A program made the position numbers and the translations under genes. The notes under the pieces were generated by a model. That model was not told where the DNA came from, ran no database searches, and saw nothing but the letters and a program-made list of their open reading frames with translations. A stretch of 64,000 nucleotides of DNA from positions 26,801-90,800 of the forward strand of contig DAOORA010000005.1 in the NCBI GenBank assembly GCA_035389045.1, in the 5' to 3' direction. The DNA is from Bacteroidales bacterium. Lineage in GTDB: Bacteria; Bacteroidota; Bacteroidia; Bacteroidales; CAIWKO01. Below, in pieces: positions 37,535-45,100 of the stretch (the stretch's first letter is position 1; each line of letters starts with the position of its first letter).

Positions 37535-38509
37535 ATGAAATATATCTGTCCAAATTGTAAGGAAAAATTCGATGAAATATCTGTTTTCTGCATCAATTGC
37601 GGGTTCAGATTCGGAGAAAACAAAGACTTATATAAGGAAACGGAACAACCTATAAACCAAAATACTAACATGAAACAATATTTTATCCACGACGGACAAA
37701 GCCAACAAGGCCCATTTGATCTGGAACAACTAAAAAGCACAAAAATCAGTAAGGATTATATGGTTTGGTGCGAAGGTATGGATACCTGGAAACCTGCAGG
37801 CGAAATAGAAGAACTGAAATCGCTGTTCGTTGTAATGCCCCCGCCCCTGCCTTCCAATATCAGCGTGCCTCCCCCGCTCACCCCGAAAACACCGCCTTCT
37901 GCCCCTGTCGTGAAAAAGAATAAGAAAGCCCTTGTATGGATCATTGTTGGAGCAGTTTTAGGAACCCTGCTGATTGCAGCATTGATATTTTTTCTTGTAT
38001 TTAAATCATGCCGTTCAGATATCGATGGGTCCCTTAGCAAAGATTCCGTGGCAACTCATACCGATTCATCAGCAGAGGCCGGCGAACCTGGCGCTGTATC
38101 TGGAAAACCGGGTGAAAAGAACACCACTGCATCAAACAAAGCTAAAGAAGCGAATAATCTGACTGCTGAGCAGCAAAGAGAAGAAGAACAGAAAGCGGCA
38201 TACCGCACCAACTGGAGGAAACATGTTTTTGCCCGGCCCAACTGGTCGAACGGGCCTTTTAATGTCGTTGTCAATCCATCGGTTACACTAACTAACAGCC
38301 TCCCTTACACCGTCAACGAAGTTACTGTTTACGTAAATTATATCCTGGTGGATGGCAGCACCTGGAAATCGGAAAAAATTGCCTTTTATAACATAGGCCC
38401 CAATTCTTCCTCAACCAAAAATGTGCCTCCTACCGACCGGGGCACCTCTATACAGACGCGCATCAGTAAAGTTACTTCCAGTTCGCTGGGATTGTATTAT
38501 TCCAATTAA
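37535..38509 (+). CDS. Zinc-ribbon + GYF_2 (DUF4339-like) domain membrane protein
   Basis: 324 aa. 'MKYICPNCKEKFDEISVFCINCGF' is a zinc ribbon and 'QQGPFDLEQLKSTKISKDYMVWCEGMDTWKPAGEIEEL' is GYF_2-like. A Pro-rich linker and one TM helix 'ALVWIIVGAVLGTLLIAALIFFLVF' follow. Confidence 0.7.
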   Translation: MKYICPNCKEKFDEISVFCINCGFRFGENKDLYKETEQPINQNTNMKQYFIHDGQSQQGPFDLEQLKSTKISKDYMVWCEGMDTWKPAGEIEELKSLFVVMPPPLPSNISVPPPLTPKTPPSAPVVKKNKKALVWIIVGAVLGTLLIAALIFFLVFKSCRSDIDGSLSKDSVATHTDSSAEAGEPGAVSGKPGEKNTTASNKAKEANNLTAEQQREEEQKAAYRTNWRKHVFARPNWSNGPFNVVVNPSVTLTNSLPYTVNEVTVYVNYILVDGSTWKSEKIAFYNIGPNSSSTKNVPPTDRGTSIQTRISKVTSSSLGLYYSN

Positions 38510-38520
38510 AAAGTCGTACT

Positions 38521-38997
38521 ATGGGAGAAACTGGCGTACAGATATTTAAATCACCAATAGGGAATATCCTTATCCAGGGTACCAATAAATATATTACGTC
38601 AGTTAACTTTTTTGACCAGGAGGACGAAATTCATCCGTCGTCCATCCCGTTGCTCCGCATTTGTGCAAACCAGCTTCAGGAATATTTTGCAGGTAAAAGA
38701 AAAAAATTCACCGTACCATTTCAGCAAGTGGGAACCGAATTTCAGCAGCGTGTATGGTCGGAGCTCAGCAAAATTGCTTTCGGACATTTAGTCAGTTATG
38801 AAGTGGTTGCCATAAAGATAAAGGACAAGAAATTAGTTCGTGCGATTGGAAATGCTGTGGGGAAAAACGATATGGCCATTATAGTCCCCTGCCACAGGGT
38901 GATAGGAAAAAGCGGAGATATGACCGGTTATGCAGGAGGGTTATGGCGTAAACAATGGCTGATAGAACACGAACAATATTATCTGCTGAATTTTTAA
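38521..38997 (+). CDS. ogt: Methylated-DNA--protein-cysteine methyltransferase
   Basis: 158 aa with active site 'IIVPCHRVIG', plus 'GTEFQQRVW' and 'YAGGLWRKQWLIEHE'. Confidence 0.9.
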   Translation: MGETGVQIFKSPIGNILIQGTNKYITSVNFFDQEDEIHPSSIPLLRICANQLQEYFAGKRKKFTVPFQQVGTEFQQRVWSELSKIAFGHLVSYEVVAIKIKDKKLVRAIGNAVGKNDMAIIVPCHRVIGKSGDMTGYAGGLWRKQWLIEHEQYYLLNF

Positions 38998-39509
38998 TCA
39001 ATAGCTTCTTTGTAAACCGCCAACCGCTGCTTCCTTAGCAGGTTTATCAGCCGTTCAGCAAATAGCAGGAATACCACAGGGACAATTATGAACAGATATA
39101 CCGGGTTGATACCGGGAAGTTTTAAATCATTAAAAAAATCTTTTGCAGCAATCATCCATCCCGGCGTCTGAAATTCGATGACCGCTCCTGAGAAGAACGC
39201 CAGGACGATAAGAGCCAGCATAAATACCAGCATGATTATTCCAAATCTGAGCAATGTTTTGCGGCTTTGCGCCTTGCGAAGCATGATCTTGTTGTGCAGC
39301 TCCACCTGCTGCATCACGCGGTTGGTGATTACCGGCGGGGCTGTAAGAATATTCTCTGCTGACAGCATCGCATCCAGCGACTGAAATAGTTTCAGCTGTT
39401 CGCGGCAGTCGTCGCAAGCAGCAATATGGGCTTCGGCAGCAGCCTGCTCTGTGAGCGTAAGCATGCCATCGCAAAGTCCCATGATCGTTTCTTCTGATAA
39501 GTGTTTCAT
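38994..39509 (-). CDS. Anti-sigma factor (zf-HC2 type), membrane protein
   Basis: 171 aa. The N-terminal 'AEAHIAACDDCREQLKLF' is a zf-HC2 motif, and TM helices follow. A 4-nt overlap with the upstream ECF sigma gene suggests an operon. Confidence 0.75.
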   Translation of the reverse strand: MKHLSEETIMGLCDGMLTLTEQAAAEAHIAACDDCREQLKLFQSLDAMLSAENILTAPPVITNRVMQQVELHNKIMLRKAQSRKTLLRFGIIMLVFMLALIVLAFFSGAVIEFQTPGWMIAAKDFFNDLKLPGINPVYLFIIVPVVFLLFAERLINLLRKQRLAVYKEAID

Positions 39510-40060
39510 AGCAGTGAATATATATTTTCTTTCAATTCATTTTTCAATAATCCGGCCATTTTATTCCGTGCACGGAACAGTTTTACTTTGGTATTGGAAA
39601 GGCTCAGGTTTACCACTTCAGCAATATCGCCCAGCGACTGGCCTTCCATATAGAACAGGGTAACAATGGCTGCTTCATCTTCGGGCAGGGCATTGATGGC
39701 TTTTTCGACATAGTAGGTACGGTCGGTTTTACGCATTGGCTCATCGTCATTTGCCAATGAAACATGCACATCGTCAATATTCTGATGTGCCGGTTTTCTG
39801 CGTCTTACTTTTGTCATGGCCATATTTAAAACTATTTTGTAAAACCAGGTGCTGAATTTCGACTCTCCTTTAAAACTTTTCAACGAAACATAAGCTTTCA
39901 TAAAAGCATCCTGCGTCACCTCTTCGGCATCTTCTTCATTTTTTGTTATCCTCATCGCCAGCGTATAAGCATAATGCCTATAGGCATCCACCAGTTTTCT
40001 GAAGGCCTCTGCGTTTCCCTGCAGACATTCGTTGATCCAGTTTTGTTCTTCGTTGTTCAT
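39506..40060 (-). CDS. RNA polymerase ECF-type sigma-70 factor
   Basis: The region 2 motif is 'FMKAYVSLKSFKGESKFSTWFYKIVLNMA' and the region 4 HTH is 'SLGDIAEVVNLSLSNTKVKLFRARNKM'. The longest ORF (to 40093) begins with TTG. I prefer the ATG at 40058-40060 ('MNNEEQNW'). Confidence 0.85.
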   Translation of the reverse strand: MNNEEQNWINECLQGNAEAFRKLVDAYRHYAYTLAMRITKNEEDAEEVTQDAFMKAYVSLKSFKGESKFSTWFYKIVLNMAMTKVRRRKPAHQNIDDVHVSLANDDEPMRKTDRTYYVEKAINALPEDEAAIVTLFYMEGQSLGDIAEVVNLSLSNTKVKLFRARNKMAGLLKNELKENIYSLL

Positions 40061-40292
40061 AACACTAAACAATAGACGCCCGGTATCATGCAAAGGTTAC
40101 AAATCTATTAAAAATTGTATAAATATAATAAAAAATTTTGATTTTCAATGGGGTTTGCCCTGATTCGGTTAAATCATTTTTTTGAGGCGATGATCATAAC
40201 TATGTTTGTAAATAACATAATTATGTCAATTCGAACTTCGCACAACAAATTGCAAACTTCGCAAAACAAGTTCGTGAATAATGTAATATTAC

Positions 40293-40443
40293 GAGGCTGT
40301 CTCAAGAGTCAAAATTTAGCAGTATTTAACCTTTGTGAACCTTTGTGTAATTTGTGTTCCTTTGTGGTTCAATTACTTATATTTACCACGAAGCAGCACA
40401 AAGGCTGGCGTAAAGGCGCACAAAGGATTTTTGAAACAGTCTC
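40293..40443. repeat. Hairpin element GAGGCTGTCTCAA ... TTGAAACAGTCTC enclosing CCTTTGTG / CACAAAGG word repeats
   Basis: The outer arms are at 40293-40305 and 40431-40443. The interior is CCTTTGTGAACCTTTGTGTAATTTGTGTTCCTTTGTGG ... GCACAAAGGCTGGCGTAAAGGCGCACAAAGG. Confidence 0.8.
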
Positions 40444-40494
40444 TTATAATTATTGTGCGATATTAATGCTTTGCAAATATTTCGGGGCGCTGCC

Positions 40495-40596
40495 CCTGTT
40501 ATCGATTATCTCTTTGGTCGTGTTTCCAGGAGTCGGAAAAAACAGCAAAAGAGCATTTCACCTGTTATCGATTATCTCTTTGGTCGTGTTTCCAGG
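40495..40596 (+). repeat. Two identical 36-nt direct repeats separated by a 30-nt unique spacer (CRISPR-like geometry, orphan)
   Basis: CCTGTTATCGATTATCTCTTTGGTCGTGTTTCCAGG occurs at 40495-40530 and again at 40561-40596 with 36/36 identity. The spacer is AGTCGGAAAAAACAGCAAAAGAGCATTTCA (40531-40560). Confidence 0.9.
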
Positions 40597-40847
40597 GTAA
40601 CACCATTTTTTCGTTACTCTCAGTAATTATTTTTTCTAATAGCACTTCAAAAAAAGGATTTGCCTTGTTATTACAATCGCAAACAGGTGTCAAGAATTTT
40701 TTTATCGGCGATATAATCCCGAACGAGCAATAAATTTTATTATTCTTTGCGGTGTAAATGAGCATAATAATAAAAAAATTTGTTTTTTTGTAACCGGATC
40801 GGATTTCGTGGCGTCATACTGACAAAACCAATTAAAACTTAAACATT

Positions 40848-41408
40848 ATGGAAACATTTTTCGGAATATTAGTACCCATTACGTTATTCCTCGGGTTGTT
40901 CACCACATTAGTATTTATGCGTAAATACGAAAACGACGAACGCATGGCGATGATTGAAAAAGGCCTGGAACCGGGCAATAAAAAGAAAACTGACCGCTTT
41001 GGCACCCTGCGTTTTGCGCTGCTGTGCATTGGCGTCGGTATCGGAATTGTTCTATCAATTATCATTGTGCAGTTTATTCCCAAAGAACCGCATCAGGTTA
41101 CAAAGACCACTTCTCCTGAACATTTAGAAGTTATTTTAAAGAATCTTCCCGGCAACACAGAATCGGATTCTGCTTTAAAGACCTTGATACTGAAGGAGGA
41201 TTCCATCAACAGAGCTGAGGAAGTGGATGCAGATCTTGATTCAGAAGATCATGGAAAGACGACCAAGTCAGTAAAAGAAGAATATACCGAATACACACGC
41301 GATAGCGGATTGGTTGGCGCCGTGTACAGCAGCATGATACTTATCTTCGGCGGTCTTGGCCTGCTTATGGCATACCGGATACGCAGCAAACAGAAGAACC
41401 AGGAATAA
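40848..41408 (+). CDS. Hypothetical membrane protein (DUF6249-like N-terminus)
   Basis: 186 aa. 'GILVPITLFLGLFTTLVFMRKYENDERMAMIEKGLEP' is followed by two further TM helices and an acidic linker. A strong terminator follows. Confidence 0.6.
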   Translation: METFFGILVPITLFLGLFTTLVFMRKYENDERMAMIEKGLEPGNKKKTDRFGTLRFALLCIGVGIGIVLSIIIVQFIPKEPHQVTKTTSPEHLEVILKNLPGNTESDSALKTLILKEDSINRAEEVDADLDSEDHGKTTKSVKEEYTEYTRDSGLVGAVYSSMILIFGGLGLLMAYRIRSKQKNQE

Positions 41409-41429
41409 TAACAGCAATAAAAGATTGAA

Positions 41430-41457
41430 AAAACCGGCCACCAAGCCGGTTTTTTTA
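41430..41457 (+). terminator. Rho-independent terminator
   Basis: AAAAAACCGGCCACCAAGCCGGTTTTTTT has the stem CCGGC/GCCGG followed by a T-run, 22 nt after the stop of the 40848-41408 gene. Confidence 0.75.
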
Positions 41458-41538
41458 TTGGTTCGAAAGAGCAAAACATCACTTTGCCTTTTTGATTTAT
41501 GTATTTCTTTTCAATATAAATGAATTATTGACTACTTT

Positions 41539-41649
41539 TGCAACTGGTAGCAAGACTAAAACGATTTCAACTATGCAATTGGTAGCACAACTATTACGAT
41601 TTCAACCATGCAATGGGCTGAATGACTACAAGTCTTACTACCAATTGCA
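41539..41649 (+). repeat. Upstream REP-like array: 2 x 35-nt units + 41-nt terminal hairpin unit
   Basis: The units are TGCAACTGGTAGCAAGACTAAAACGATTTCAACTA (41539-41573) and TGCAATTGGTAGCACAACTATTACGATTTCAACCA (41574-41608). The terminal unit is TGCAATGGGCTGAATGACTACAAGTCTTACTACCAATTGCA (41609-41649). Confidence 0.95.
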
Positions 41650-41666
41650 ATAATACTTTTAAGTTT

Positions 41667-42260
41667 ATGGTTTTCGAGCAGAGTCATTTGTTTCACCTAT
41701 ATAATCAAGGCAATAACAGGGAACAAATTTTCTTTAACAGAGAAAATTATTTTTTGTTTATAAAAAAAATTGAAACCCATATTACCCCCTATTCAGATGT
41801 CGTGGCATGGTGCCTGATGCCCAATCATTTTCATCTGATGCTATATGTAAATCATGTTGAACTGGTTACATGTAAAAACACGAATTCTGGTGCTGTCTCG
41901 ACACGTACATTAAACAAATCTATTGGGATAATACTGACTTCATATACCCGTGCCATCAACAATCAGGAAAACCGCACGGGGACATTATTTAAACCTCATA
42001 CCAAAGCAATATGTCTTACAAAAAACGATACCCTAAGCCCTGCATTTTATTCTGCCAGTTATGGCACGACAATTAACATTTTAAATCCTGAAAAAGAATA
42101 TCCCAAAATTTGCTTCAACTATATTCACAACAATCCTGTAAAAGCCGGTATGGTAAGACACGCTGAAGATTGGGAGTTTTCTTCTTATAGGGATTTATTC
42201 GGAACAAGAAACTGGAAGATTACCAACAAACGAAAAGCAATGGATTTAGGATTGATATAA
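41667..42260 (+). CDS. IS200/IS605-like Y1 (HUH) transposase of the REP-associated (RAYT) type
   Basis: The ATG at 41667 gives 'MVFEQSHLFHLYNQGNNREQIFF'. The HUH motif is 'MPNHFHLML' and the catalytic-Tyr region is 'WEFSSYRD'. The ORF-track start at 41622 lies inside the upstream hairpin repeat. Confidence 0.8.
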   Translation: MVFEQSHLFHLYNQGNNREQIFFNRENYFLFIKKIETHITPYSDVVAWCLMPNHFHLMLYVNHVELVTCKNTNSGAVSTRTLNKSIGIILTSYTRAINNQENRTGTLFKPHTKAICLTKNDTLSPAFYSASYGTTINILNPEKEYPKICFNYIHNNPVKAGMVRHAEDWEFSSYRDLFGTRNWKITNKRKAMDLGLI

Positions 42261-42264
42261 GCTA

Positions 42265-42410
42265 TGCAATTGTTAGCACGACTAAAACGATTTCAACCAT
42301 GCAATGGGTAGAACGACTAAAACGATTTCAACTATGCAATTAGTAGCACGACTAAAACGATTTCAACCATGCAATTGGCTGAATGACTACAAGTCGTACT
42401 ACCAATTGCA
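42265..42410 (+). repeat. Downstream REP-like array: 3 x 35-nt units + 41-nt terminal hairpin unit
   Basis: Head-to-tail units lie at 42265-42299, 42300-42334 and 42335-42369. The terminal unit is TGCAATTGGCTGAATGACTACAAGTCGTACTACCAATTGCA (42370-42410), with a 9-bp stem TGCAATTGG/CCAATTGCA. It differs at 2 positions from the upstream terminal unit. Confidence 0.95.
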
Positions 42411-42422
42411 CTAAATAAATTC

Positions 42423-44894
42423 ATGATGGAATACCGCGAAAATGAACAACTGCGACTCGCCACAGAATTTGTTCAATATACCAACAAGAATATTTTTATC
42501 ACCGGCAAAGCAGGTACCGGAAAAACCACGTTCCTGCATAATTTACGAAAGATCACACCCAAGCGCATCGTAGTGGTAGCCCCTACGGGTGTGGCCGCTA
42601 TCAATGCCGGCGGCGTTACCATACATTCTTTTTTTCAACTGAGCTTCGCCCCTGTCATCCCTGAAGTGCTGCGGGCCAAAAAAGCAGATGTCAGGGCTGA
42701 AGGTTATCAGCACAAATTCAGCCGTAACAAGATCAGGCTCATCAAATGTATCGACCTGCTCGTCATTGACGAAATAAGCATGGTAAGGGCCGACATCCTG
42801 GATGCCGTGGATGAGGTGTTACGCCGGTACCGCGACCGCTCCAAGCCCTTTGGCGGTGTGCAGCTGCTTATGATAGGTGACCTGCACCAGCTTACACCGG
42901 TGATAAAAGATGATGAATGGGAAATCCTGAAAGAATTTTACGACAGCATATATTTTTTTGACAGCTTTGCATTAAAAAAATCACAGCCGGTCAGCATAGA
43001 GTTAAAAGAGATTTTCCGGCAGTCGGACCAGCGTTTTATCCATCTTCTCAACAAAGTACGTGATAACAACATTGATGCAGAAACTATCGCAGAGATAAAT
43101 TCACGTTATATATCCGGTTTCAGTCCCGATGAAGAAGAAGGTTACATAACGCTTACAACCCACAATGCCCTTGCTTTTAATATCAACCAGGCCAAACTGA
43201 AAAGCCTTAAAGCAGCCTCGCATTTTTTTCTTGCCGACATTGACGGCGAGTTTGCCCCGCATGATTTTCCGACCGATGACAAGCTGGAACTGAAAGCCGG
43301 CGCACAGGTGATGTTCATAAAAAATGACCCATCGCCCGAAAAACGTTATTATAACGGCAAAATTGGCAAAATAACCCGCATCGAAGAAGATACCGTTTTC
43401 GTAAAGTGTCCGTCGGATGCAATCCTCATAGAAGTAAACAAAGTAGAATGGCAAAATATCAAATACTCGCTCAACGACGACACACGTGAGATTGATGAAG
43501 ATATTACCGGCACTTTTACGCAGATTCCCCTGCGCCTGGCCTGGGCGATAACTATCCACAAAAGCCAGGGGCTTACCTTCGACAAAGTGATTATTGATGC
43601 CAACGCCGCTTTTGCTTTCGGGCAGGTTTATGTAGCCCTCAGCCGCTGCCGCACCTTCGAAGGCATTGTATTAAGCACGCCCATTGCAGTGTCGGGCATA
43701 AAAACCGATTTGCTGGTTAGCGGCTATACCGAAGAAGCCCGGCAAAACGAACCGGGACCAGAAAAGCTTCTGGAATCAAAAAAATTGTATCAGCAGGATC
43801 TCATCTTCGAGCTTTTTGACCTTAAACTACTCAGATACAGGCTGGAAGAACTTGTGAAACTCACAAAAACCCATGCCAATATCCTGGATGCCGCACTGAT
43901 AAACGAGCTGCTGGATAAAAAGAATTACTTTGAAACAGATTTATTAAAGGTTGCAGAACGATTTAATATTCAACTGAAGCAGTACCTGCAGGCTGATGCC
44001 CTCCCGGAGCAAAATGCCGGACTACAGGAACGCATCAAAAAAGCAGCGGTATATTTTTCTGAAAAAATGAAAACTCAGTTGCGTGATTTCTTTGATAAAA
44101 CTCATTTTGATACTGATAATAAAGCCATAAAAAAAGATTTAACAGAAACTTTAGAAAAACTTCAGAAAGATTTGTTTATCAAATTATTATGCCTGGAAAA
44201 CACGGTCAATGGTTTTGAAACCCTGTCGTACATCAGGAAAAGAACCGATGCTGAACTCGATTTTCGTCCGACAAAACAAAAGAGCACAGCGCAAGCGATG
44301 GTTTCAGACCTTATCAGACACCCGGAATTATACCATATTATAAAACAATGGCGAAATCAGCGGGCCGATGAGTACAACCTTCCCGTATACCAGGTATTAC
44401 CTCAAAAAACACTGGCCGAACTGGCAAACAAACTCCCCCTTACCTTACCGGAGCTAAAAACTATCAAAGGTATTGGCCGGGCCAAGCTGGAACTCTTCGG
44501 CGAGATTATTATTACTATGATATATGAGTACTGCCAGGAGCATAATATTGTTCCCGAAAAGATCGACATTCCGGTGAAAGTAAAAAAAGAAAAAACAGAT
44601 TCAAAAATCGTCAGTTTTGACTTGTACCAGTCGGGAAAAAGCATCCCCGAAATAGCCAGAGAGCGCGGCTTTGCCATCAGCACCATCGAAGGACATCTGG
44701 CTCCTTTTGTGGGCAGCGGCGCATTAAAAGTCACTGAATTTGTCTCGGAAGAAAAACTGAAAAAAGTGTTGGCTGTCATTGCTGACAACGCTCATAAATC
44801 AAAGAGCGATATTAAGGAATTACTCGGTGACGACATTACATACGGCGAAATAAATTTCATTTTTCAACATATCAGTAGTTTGCAGAGGTTGTGA
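42423..44894 (+). CDS. Pif1/RecD-like ATP-dependent DNA helicase with C-terminal HRDC and HTH regions
   Basis: 823 aa with Walker A 'GKAGTGKTT', Walker B 'LVIDEISM', 'QLLMIGDLHQL', 'ITIHKSQG' and 'YVALSRC'. An HRDC-like segment 'YQVLPQKTLAELANKLPLTLPELKTIKGIG' lies near the C-terminus. Confidence 0.85.
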   Translation: MMEYRENEQLRLATEFVQYTNKNIFITGKAGTGKTTFLHNLRKITPKRIVVVAPTGVAAINAGGVTIHSFFQLSFAPVIPEVLRAKKADVRAEGYQHKFSRNKIRLIKCIDLLVIDEISMVRADILDAVDEVLRRYRDRSKPFGGVQLLMIGDLHQLTPVIKDDEWEILKEFYDSIYFFDSFALKKSQPVSIELKEIFRQSDQRFIHLLNKVRDNNIDAETIAEINSRYISGFSPDEEEGYITLTTHNALAFNINQAKLKSLKAASHFFLADIDGEFAPHDFPTDDKLELKAGAQVMFIKNDPSPEKRYYNGKIGKITRIEEDTVFVKCPSDAILIEVNKVEWQNIKYSLNDDTREIDEDITGTFTQIPLRLAWAITIHKSQGLTFDKVIIDANAAFAFGQVYVALSRCRTFEGIVLSTPIAVSGIKTDLLVSGYTEEARQNEPGPEKLLESKKLYQQDLIFELFDLKLLRYRLEELVKLTKTHANILDAALINELLDKKNYFETDLLKVAERFNIQLKQYLQADALPEQNAGLQERIKKAAVYFSEKMKTQLRDFFDKTHFDTDNKAIKKDLTETLEKLQKDLFIKLLCLENTVNGFETLSYIRKRTDAELDFRPTKQKSTAQAMVSDLIRHPELYHIIKQWRNQRADEYNLPVYQVLPQKTLAELANKLPLTLPELKTIKGIGRAKLELFGEIIITMIYEYCQEHNIVPEKIDIPVKVKKEKTDSKIVSFDLYQSGKSIPEIARERGFAISTIEGHLAPFVGSGALKVTEFVSEEKLKKVLAVIADNAHKSKSDIKELLGDDITYGEINFIFQHISSLQRL

Positions 44895-44910
44895 TCCTGT
44901 TCTGAGGATG

Positions 44911-44954
44911 CCGGAAAAAATTGGAAAACGACACAGTTTCCGGGACAATTTTTT
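44911..44954 (+). terminator. Possible terminator after the helicase gene
   Basis: The stem CCGGAAA (44911-44917) / TTTCCGG (44937-44943) is followed by GACAATTTTTT. Confidence 0.4.
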
Positions 44955-45100
44955 GCAAAGTTATCAAACGACAGCTGTTAATAATTAAGGCTTACAGGGA
45001 GTTATTGAAATTTTATTAAATAATAATTTCGCTGTTAAATTAGTTATCATGTGTATGAACCGGTTAGCAACAACCGGTTACCTAATAAAAGCCTATTGTT

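Larger units (their letters stand above)
41539..42410 (+). mobile_element. REPtron-like unit: RAYT gene flanked by 35-nt tandem repeat arrays
   Basis: The arrays at 41539-41649 and 42265-42410 are in the same orientation and bracket the Y1 transposase gene. Confidence 0.65.

Noticed and set aside
40495-40596. Calling the 36/30/36 unit a bona fide CRISPR array
   Set aside because: There are only two repeats, no cas genes in 64 kb, and the repeat does not resemble any CRISPR repeat I recognise. It is reported as a repeat with CRISPR-like geometry instead.
40148-40600. 150-aa ORF on the + strand in the sigma-factor upstream region
   Set aside because: It starts at a non-ATG codon and reads straight through several repeat elements. 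The 36-nt direct repeats translate to the duplicated 'LLSIISLVVFPG'. It is an artefact of repeat DNA, not a gene.
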